Part shown: positions 25,255 through 31,570 of the stretch, in pieces | Position numbering within the stretch: position 1 is the stretch's first letter | Layout: each line of letters begins with the position of its first letter | DNA from: Candidatus Omnitrophota bacterium | GTDB taxonomy: Bacteria > Omnitrophota > Gorgyraeia > Duberdicusellales > 4484-171 | Direction of reading: 5' to 3' | DNA: 32,000 bases | Assembly (NCBI GenBank): GCA_021735045.1 | Contig: JAIPHU010000011.1 | Location: 1 to 32,000 of the forward strand | Notes under the pieces: generated by a model | What the model was told of the DNA's origin: nothing | Seen by the model: only the letters and a program-made list of their open reading frames with translations | Database searches by the model: none | Program-made: the position numbers and the translations under genes

Positions 25255-26502
25255 ATGAAAAGAGTAGTTATAACAGGTGTTGGTGTAATATCAGCTGCAG
25301 GCGAAGAAAAGAATGAATTTTATAATAATCTAATTGAAGGTAAGCCGTGCATAGAAAAGGTAGAAAATTTTGACGTCAGTTTATTTAATTCAAAAGTCGC
25401 TTCTCAAGATCTAGATTTTGATCCTAAAAACTTTGGCATAGAAGATGCTTATCGTATGGATCGTTATGTTCAGTTTGGCCTTGCTTCTGCAAAACAGGCG
25501 GTCAAAGATGCAAAACTAGATTTCTCAGATCTAGATTTAAGAAAATCAGGAGTTATCTTGGCAAACGCTATTTGTGGAACCCGGTTTATGGAAGAAGAGT
25601 TTCTTCTGGTAACCGATTGGGGCAAAAATCCAATTGATCCCAGAAAGGGAAGGCCTTATCTTTATGATGCTGCGATGTTTAATACGCCAAGTGCTGAAAT
25701 TTCTGCTTTTTTTGGCACCCAGGGGATAAATACAACAATTTCTACTGGTTGTACCGCCGGTACTGATTCTTTAGGCTTTGCTTATGAATTAATTAAAGAT
25801 GGCAGGCAGGATTTAGTTATATCCGGAGCCAGTGAGGCCCCGATTACTCCGGTTACCTTCGGTGCCTTTGATGTAGTTAATGTTTTAGCTAAAGAGAATG
25901 ATCAGCCTCATAGATCAAGCCGTCCCTTTGACAATAAACGTAATGGTTTTGTTATTTCTGAAGGAGCCGGAATCTTAATCATGGAAGAACTCGAGCATGC
26001 TAAAAAAAGAGGAGCTCATATCTACGCAGAAGTTAAAGGTTTTGGTACTACTTGTAATGCTTATCATATGACTGATCTACCCCCAGATGGGCGCCCGATG
26101 GCACTTTCTATGGAACAGGCTTTGTCTGAGGCAGGTATTGATAAAAAAGAAGTAGGTTATATTAATGCCCATGGGTCTTCGACTCGCCAAAATGACATTT
26201 TTGAAACTGATGCTTACAAAAAAGTTTTTGATAAACTTGCTTATGATATTCCGATCAGCTCAATTAAATCTATGGTTGGCCATCCTTTGGCAGCTGCAAA
26301 TGCGGTTGAAAGTGTTTTGTGCTGTATGGTTTTTGAAAAAGGTTACCTTCCTCCTACAATTAATCAAGAAGAAAAAGACCCAAAGTGTGATCTAAACTAT
26401 ATTCCTAATAAAAAAATGAAACTAATGCCAGAATACATATTAAAGACAAGTAGTGGATTCTCAGGTATTCATTCAGCTATTGTGTTTAAAAAATGGAAAT
26501 AG
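25255..26502 (+). CDS. Type II PKS ketosynthase alpha (KSalpha)
   Basis: Active-site ISTGCTAGTDSLGFA (the TGCT.G.D pattern typical of KSalpha rather than FabF), catalytic His in AYHMTD and INAHGSSTRQND, and the GFSGIHSAIVF C-terminus. SD aaggaagg upstream. Confidence 0.9.
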   Translation: MKRVVITGVGVISAAGEEKNEFYNNLIEGKPCIEKVENFDVSLFNSKVASQDLDFDPKNFGIEDAYRMDRYVQFGLASAKQAVKDAKLDFSDLDLRKSGVILANAICGTRFMEEEFLLVTDWGKNPIDPRKGRPYLYDAAMFNTPSAEISAFFGTQGINTTISTGCTAGTDSLGFAYELIKDGRQDLVISGASEAPITPVTFGAFDVVNVLAKENDQPHRSSRPFDNKRNGFVISEGAGILIMEELEHAKKRGAHIYAEVKGFGTTCNAYHMTDLPPDGRPMALSMEQALSEAGIDKKEVGYINAHGSSTRQNDIFETDAYKKVFDKLAYDIPISSIKSMVGHPLAAANAVESVLCCMVFEKGYLPPTINQEEKDPKCDLNYIPNKKMKLMPEYILKTSSGFSGIHSAIVFKKWK

Positions 26503-26506
26503 ATAA

Positions 26507-26591
26507 AAGACGCGAAAGAACGCGAATATGATACAAATGAACGCGAACATAATTAGTGTTTTTTCGTTAAAAATTAGCGTTTATTCGCGTT
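26507..26591 (+). repeat. Intercistronic palindromic element, gacgcgaa family copy 2 (KSalpha to CLF)
   Basis: aagacgcgaaagaacgcgaat (26507-26527) is identical to 25150-25170. gttaaaaattagcgtttattcgcgttataaa (26566-26596) is identical to 25213-25243. Confidence 0.9.
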
Positions 26592-26611
26592 ATAAATAAG
26601 GAGTTTTATAA

Positions 26612-27850
26612 ATGAAAGAGAAAGTTGCCATAACAGGTTTAGGGGTTGTTTCTCCTTGTGGCCTAAAGAAAGAAACTTTTTGGGCTAATTTAAAAAAAGA
26701 AGAATCATTTATAGAAGAAATCAAAAGGTTTGATTCAAAAAATTATCCTTCACATATTGCTGGTCAGGTGAGTCAACTTGATTATTATACCCATCTTTCT
26801 AAAAGGTTAACAAAAAAAATTGATATTTTTTCCCATATGGCACTTGTCTCTTCAGAAGAGGCGATAGTAGATTCAAAAATGAACCTAGATGATATCGACA
26901 AAGAAAGAGTTGGAGTATTTATGGGCAATGCCTTAGGCGGATGGTTGTTTGCTGAAACTGAATTAAGGGATATGTATATTGAAGGCAGAGACGGTATCTC
27001 TCCTTATATGGCATCAGCTTGGTTTCCGGCTGCACCTCAAGGCCAGATTACAATTTACTATGGATTTAAAGGATATAGTAAAACCACAGTTTCTGATAAG
27101 GCATCATCTGCTTTGGCTTTATGGTATGGGGCAAAAACAATTAAAGAAAAAAAGAATGACTATGTATTAGCCGGAGGAATGGAGGCACCGATTACCCCCT
27201 ATGCCTTGTTATCTGCTAATTGCCGGGGTGATTTGTCAAAAAATAATAGCCGTCCCCAAGAAGCTTATAAGCCTTATGATTTGTATCGAGACGGGCTGGT
27301 ATTAGCAGAAGGTTCGGGTACAGTTGTCTTAGAAAGTCAAAATCAAGCAAGAAAAAGAAAAGCTCCGATTTATGGTTATATAGAAGGTATCGGTTTTTCT
27401 TCGGATGGGTATCATTATGCAAGGTACCGGCCTACCCCAGAAAATCTAGAGTATGCTATAAAAGAATGCTTAAAAGATGCTGGTTGGCAAAAAGAGGATG
27501 TTGATTATATCTGCTTAGATGCAGAGTCTACTGAAATGGGAGATTACCTTGAAACCCAAGCTTTAAAGAATGTATTTGGAGAAAAAATTAAAAACATAGC
27601 TTTAAGTGCGCCTAAAAGCATGTATGGAAATCTATTGGGAGCTCAAACCGCATTAGACTTAATTACTACTTTATTTTCGATGCAAAACTGTATTGTGCTT
27701 CCTACTATAAACTATTCGATGCAAGACCCATACTGTGACCTAGACTATACACCTAATAAGTCAGTGGAAAAAGAGATAGATAAGGCACTGATTATTTCCA
27801 GAGGCAGGGGAGGAATAAATATAGTATTAGCAATAGAAAAAGCGGAGTGA
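26612..27850 (+). CDS. Ketosynthase beta / chain-length factor (CLF), lacking the catalytic Cys
   Basis: This is a full-length KS paralogue. KSalpha TTISTGCTAGTDS aligns with TTVSDKASSALAL (no Cys, no Gln), and INAHGSST aligns with ICLDAEST (His lost). It lies directly downstream of KSalpha. Confidence 0.85.
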   Translation: MKEKVAITGLGVVSPCGLKKETFWANLKKEESFIEEIKRFDSKNYPSHIAGQVSQLDYYTHLSKRLTKKIDIFSHMALVSSEEAIVDSKMNLDDIDKERVGVFMGNALGGWLFAETELRDMYIEGRDGISPYMASAWFPAAPQGQITIYYGFKGYSKTTVSDKASSALALWYGAKTIKEKKNDYVLAGGMEAPITPYALLSANCRGDLSKNNSRPQEAYKPYDLYRDGLVLAEGSGTVVLESQNQARKRKAPIYGYIEGIGFSSDGYHYARYRPTPENLEYAIKECLKDAGWQKEDVDYICLDAESTEMGDYLETQALKNVFGEKIKNIALSAPKSMYGNLLGAQTALDLITTLFSMQNCIVLPTINYSMQDPYCDLDYTPNKSVEKEIDKALIISRGRGGINIVLAIEKAE

Positions 27851-27943
27851 GCAAAGCGAACGGAGTTCTGAGCGATCAAGCGGTGAGCGCAGTCCTGAGC
27901 TTGTCGAAGGACGAAGTCGAACCACGCAGGGAGTCGAAGGAGA
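27851..27943 (+). other. GC-rich, purine-rich direct-word tract between CLF and ACP
   Basis: Hand count over 27851-27940: 53 of 90 nt are G/C and 58 of 90 are purines. tgagc starts at 27848, 27869, 27884 and 27896. gtcgaa starts at 27903, 27916 and 27933. No complementary arm was found. Confidence 0.8.
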
Positions 27944-27969
27944 TAAAAAATAAATTATAAGGAGGCAAA

Positions 27970-28209
27970 ATGGATTTAAAAGAAGAAGTAATAAAAGTAA
28001 TTGCAGAAACCCTAGAAGTAGGCAAAGAAGAAGTTGTTGATGGAAAGAATTTATATGAATCAATTGGTGTTGATTCAACAGAAATGGTAGAAGTTTGTGT
28101 GGCTTTAGGAAAACATTTCGACACAAAAATCCAAGCCAGTGAAGTTAACAAAGATTCAACTCCCGAGGATATAGTAAGAATAGTTAAACAAAAAAAAGAA
28201 AATAATTGA
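27970..28209 (+). CDS. Acyl carrier protein
   Basis: 79 aa and acidic, with the phosphopantetheine attachment motif IGVDSTEMVEV. SD aaggagg at 27959-27965. Confidence 0.85.
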   Translation: MDLKEEVIKVIAETLEVGKEEVVDGKNLYESIGVDSTEMVEVCVALGKHFDTKIQASEVNKDSTPEDIVRIVKQKKENN

Positions 28210-29021
28210 TAACTATGAATTTAATAGATTTAAGTTTACCAATCGACGATCAAGCCTTCGAGGTTCATCCTTTAAGGATAGAACGCACTTCACATAAAGA
28301 AGGTATAGCAAAGATAAATAAGGTAATAATGTCTCGAACTCCTGAAGGCAAAAAAAATTATCAAGCTGGTGAAAGGATAATAAAAAAAGAACAATTGCCA
28401 GGAGGAGAATTTTTGTCACTGGAGATGGTTTATTCGTCAGTCCATAGCGGAACTCATATGGATTATTCTTTTCATTATGGCAGCAGCTCCGAAGGCAGGC
28501 CTTCTAAAACTGCTGATGAAATTCCTTTAGAGTTATGTTACAAAGACGGGGTAAAATTAGACTTAACTCATAAGAAAAAAGAAGAAGTAATTAGCGCCGA
28601 GGATATAAAGAAAGGTTTAGAAAAAATAAATTACACTTTAAAGCCCTTAGACATAGTTTTGCTTTATACCGGATCTGACAAACTATTTGGCAAACCGGAA
28701 TATTTTTCTGATTATCCAGGCCTGGATATATCAGCAATAGATTATCTACTTGATTGCGGTATAAAAGTATTTGGAGTTGATACTATGGGAATTGATAGGC
28801 CCTATAAATTTATGATCAAAGATTTTTTAGAAAAAGGGGATCCTAAATTTTTGTGGCCGGCTCATTTTCATGGAAGAACCAGAGAATTTATTCATATTGA
28901 AAGGCTTGCTAATTTAGAAAATTTACCTGATTATGGATTTAAACTTATTTGTTTTCCAGTTAGAATCAGAAAAACTGGTGCTGCTTGGTCAAGGGCCGTT
29001 GGAGTAATTGGTGACAAGTAA
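28206..29021 (+). CDS. Putative cyclase (PF04199 / kynurenine formamidase-like fold)
   Basis: VHSGTHMDYSFHY matches the family motif HxGTHxDxPxH. The start is either TTG 28206 (overlapping the ACP stop) or ATG 28215. Confidence 0.85.
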   Translation: MITMNLIDLSLPIDDQAFEVHPLRIERTSHKEGIAKINKVIMSRTPEGKKNYQAGERIIKKEQLPGGEFLSLEMVYSSVHSGTHMDYSFHYGSSSEGRPSKTADEIPLELCYKDGVKLDLTHKKKEEVISAEDIKKGLEKINYTLKPLDIVLLYTGSDKLFGKPEYFSDYPGLDISAIDYLLDCGIKVFGVDTMGIDRPYKFMIKDFLEKGDPKFLWPAHFHGRTREFIHIERLANLENLPDYGFKLICFPVRIRKTGAAWSRAVGVIGDK

Positions 29022-29047
29022 TTAATTAAACAAAAAGGAGGTTTACT

Positions 29048-29479
29048 ATGGCACATACTGTAAATTCAATTGTAATTGATGCACCTTACGATAAGGTTTT
29101 TGAAATCAGTAATGATATTTCTCGTTGGAAGGATTTGTTTGACGAATATACCGAATCTGAAGTTTTAGAAAAAGAAGCAAATAAGATTATTTTTCAGCTT
29201 ACTCATCAAAATGGCAATAGTTGGAAGTCATACCGGCTTTTGTTTAAAGAAAATAAATTTGCTTATGCAGAAAAGCTAGATCCAAAGTTTCCTTTTGAAT
29301 ATATGAAGATAATCTGGCTTTACCGCCAACTTCCAAACGGGGTTGAGATGACATGGATTCAAGATTTTACTATGGATAAAAATGCTAAGTTTGATGATCC
29401 AAAAGCTGAAGAGATTATAAATCAACACTCGCAGAAGAACTTAAAGAATTTTAAACAACAAATAGAAAATGAAAAATAA
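29048..29479 (+). CDS. SRPBCC-superfamily polyketide aromatase/cyclase-like protein
   Basis: 143 aa, with an N-terminus I.A....VF....D...W..LF typical of Polyketide_cyc2/TcmN-like monodomain ARO/CYC. PKS context. SD aaggagg upstream. Confidence 0.65.
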   Translation: MAHTVNSIVIDAPYDKVFEISNDISRWKDLFDEYTESEVLEKEANKIIFQLTHQNGNSWKSYRLLFKENKFAYAEKLDPKFPFEYMKIIWLYRQLPNGVEMTWIQDFTMDKNAKFDDPKAEEIINQHSQKNLKNFKQQIENEK

Positions 29480-29482
29480 AAA

Positions 29483-30634
29483 ATGTTAAAAACACACAGA
29501 CGCACTTTTTTCTTTTTAGCTAGCTTGGCTTTTATCCTTTCTTTTAGTGTACAAGCTACAGCAGCGCTTCTGCCTACTTTAGCAGAATATTTCAATCAAA
29601 GTCCGGTTGCAACAGGTAAGTTAATTTGGATTTATATGCTTCCCTACGGACTATGTGCTTTAATTTGGAGTCCGTTAAGCAGGCAGTTTTCGAATAAAAG
29701 GATTCTGCTTTCTTGTCTGGCGCTTTTTTCTCTGTCTGCTTTGGCAGTGACTTTTTCTTTTAATCTATTAGCTGCTTTTTTAGGCCGGTTGGGTATGGGT
29801 ATATTTGGCTCGGCACTGGTACCTTTAAGTTTAATTACGATTGGTAAAGAGTGTAATAGTAAAGAGCGTCCTAAACATGTTGGTTTATTTTTTTCAGTTG
29901 GTTTTAGTTCAGGGCTCATAGGAGTTTTTTTAAGTGGGATTTTACCTTGGAGGTTTATCTACGGAATTCCTGCCTGTCTAGGGATAGTAGCTTTATTTTT
30001 TGGCATAAGGTATCTAGATAGCTATGATTATCGGGGTAAGTTTAAAATTAGCTACCTGGCTACGTTTAAAGACAAAAGTGCCTTAAAACTATTTTCTTTT
30101 ATCTTTGTTTTAAGTTTTTTCTACCATAGTATTCATCAATGGTTAGGGGTCTACTTAGCTCAAGAATATTCTTTTAGTCAATTTTTAGTAAGTTTAACTT
30201 TAACTATTTCAGCAATAGCTGCAATTTTTTCTGAAAGTATTGGCGGTTTTTTATCAGCTCGGTTTGGTTCCTCTAATATTGCTTCATTAGGGCTTTTGAG
30301 TATGGTTTTATTTTTATTTTTTACTTTAATTGTCGGATTGCCTCAGGCAATATTTTTTCTTATTATTTTTTGGGGTATGGGTTGGGCTTTTAACCATGTC
30401 GGTTTATCGTCATATTTAACTGGGCTTCCCGATAAATATTTGCGTGATGCATCCAGTCTAAATAGCTCTTTAAGGTTTATCTCTGGAGGCTTAGGGACTT
30501 ATTTTGGCGGAAAGATTATCTCTAAGATAGGGTTTTCGATCCATTTTATAACTGTAGGAGTTTTACTTTTGGTAGTAGCAGTTTTAATTAAAAAAACTTT
30601 AATAGTTAATAACGCGAATGAACGCGAATTATAG
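29483..30634 (+). CDS. MFS transporter
   Basis: About 12 hydrophobic helices over 383 aa, with the typical MFS loop motif SPLSRQFSNKRILL between TM2 and TM3. Confidence 0.8.
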   Translation: MLKTHRRTFFFLASLAFILSFSVQATAALLPTLAEYFNQSPVATGKLIWIYMLPYGLCALIWSPLSRQFSNKRILLSCLALFSLSALAVTFSFNLLAAFLGRLGMGIFGSALVPLSLITIGKECNSKERPKHVGLFFSVGFSSGLIGVFLSGILPWRFIYGIPACLGIVALFFGIRYLDSYDYRGKFKISYLATFKDKSALKLFSFIFVLSFFYHSIHQWLGVYLAQEYSFSQFLVSLTLTISAIAAIFSESIGGFLSARFGSSNIASLGLLSMVLFLFFTLIVGLPQAIFFLIIFWGMGWAFNHVGLSSYLTGLPDKYLRDASSLNSSLRFISGGLGTYFGGKIISKIGFSIHFITVGVLLLVVAVLIKKTLIVNNANEREL

Positions 30635-30696
30635 ACGCGAATGAACGCTAATATTATTAGCGTTTATTTGTTATAAATTAGTGTTTTTTCGCGTTT
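30611..30696 (+). repeat. Intercistronic palindromic element, gacgcgaa family copy 3 (MFS to SDR)
   Basis: Left arm: aacgcgaatgaacgcgaattatagacgcgaatgaacgctaat. Right arm: attagcgtttatttgttataaattagtgttttttcgcgttt. The MFS stop TAG (30632-30634) lies inside the left arm. Confidence 0.85.
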
Positions 30697-30712
30697 AAAA
30701 GAGGAGGTTAAG

Positions 30713-31495
30713 ATGGGTAATTTAGAAGATAAAGTTGCAATTGTAACTGGTGCTACAGGAGGTATTGGTAAAGATATAGTTAAAGGACTAGTTGATAAAA
30801 AAATAAAACTTATATTGGCTGGGCGCAATCAAGAAAAATTAAAATCCTTAGAAGAAGAATTTTCGAAAATTTCTGAAATTATTACAGTTAGCTGTGATGT
30901 TACCAAAAGAAAGGATTTAGAAAATTTAATTAATAAAGCCAAAGAAAAATTTGGCAAGATTGATTTTTTAATTAATGGGGCTGGAGTATCAAGCCAGCAT
31001 CCTTTTTGGAATCAGCCTATAGAAGATATAGAAAAAATTATCTGGACCAACTATTATAGTTATGTAATGTTATCAAGAATGGTTGTGCCAATTATGAAAG
31101 AAAATAATTTTGGCCATATTGTAAATATTACATCTGGATCTGTGATGGTAGATCCGCCGCCAAGAAATTTTATTGTTTACACTTCTTTAAAGGTGGCATT
31201 ACGCAGCTTTGCTAAGGGTCTTTTTTGGGAGATGCGTGATTTTGGGATAAAGGTTACATCCATTTTTCCTGGGGTAACCCGGACTCCTTTAACCGGTAAG
31301 TTAAAGAATATAGCTGAAAATAGGCTTATAGAACCAAAAGCAGTAGCTGATACAGTAGTGTTTGCCTTGGCTCAGCCATTAAATGTTTGCCCCATTGAAC
31401 TTGCTGTAATAAATCAACAAACACCTTGGACAAAACCGGTTATTCCGTTTAAACAAGATCACCCGAAAGACGCGAAAGAACGCGAATGTAATTAG
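30713..31495 (+). CDS. Short-chain dehydrogenase/reductase (candidate PKS ketoreductase)
   Basis: VTGATGGIGK cofactor motif, NGAG, and the catalytic Ser ...YTSLK (YxxxK). SD gaggagg upstream. Confidence 0.9.
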   Translation: MGNLEDKVAIVTGATGGIGKDIVKGLVDKKIKLILAGRNQEKLKSLEEEFSKISEIITVSCDVTKRKDLENLINKAKEKFGKIDFLINGAGVSSQHPFWNQPIEDIEKIIWTNYYSYVMLSRMVVPIMKENNFGHIVNITSGSVMVDPPPRNFIVYTSLKVALRSFAKGLFWEMRDFGIKVTSIFPGVTRTPLTGKLKNIAENRLIEPKAVADTVVFALAQPLNVCPIELAVINQQTPWTKPVIPFKQDHPKDAKERECN

Positions 31496-31552
31496 TGTTT
31501 TTTCGTTAAAAATTAGCGTTTATTTGTTATAAATTAGCGTTTATTCGCGTTT
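31467..31552 (+). repeat. Intercistronic palindromic element, gacgcgaa family copy 4 (SDR to radical SAM)
   Basis: aagacgcgaaagaacgcgaat (31467-31487) is identical to copies 1 and 2. The extended right arm is attagtgttttttcgttaaaaattagcgtttatttgttataaattagcgtttattcgcgttt. The SDR stop lies inside the element. Confidence 0.9.
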
Positions 31553-31570
31553 AAACAAAGGAGGTAGAAA

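Noticed and set aside
27847-27960. A possible 37-codon ORF in the GC-rich CLF-ACP spacer (GTG 27847; SKANGVLSDQAVSAVLSLSKDEVEPRRESKEIKNKL; stop 27958-27960 overlapping the ACP SD).
   Set aside because: It has a GTG start with only gga immediately adjacent and no spaced SD. Its GC-rich codon choice (gcg, ctg, agc, gtc) is unlike every confident gene here, and it has no recognisable motif. It is kept only as a hypothesis testable by ribosome profiling.
25150-31552. The gacgcgaa-family elements as Rho-independent terminators.
   Set aside because: None is followed by a U-tract. Each is followed within about 20 nt by an SD and the next gene of what is clearly one functional operon (KS, CLF and so on). 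A processing or stability role is more plausible than termination.
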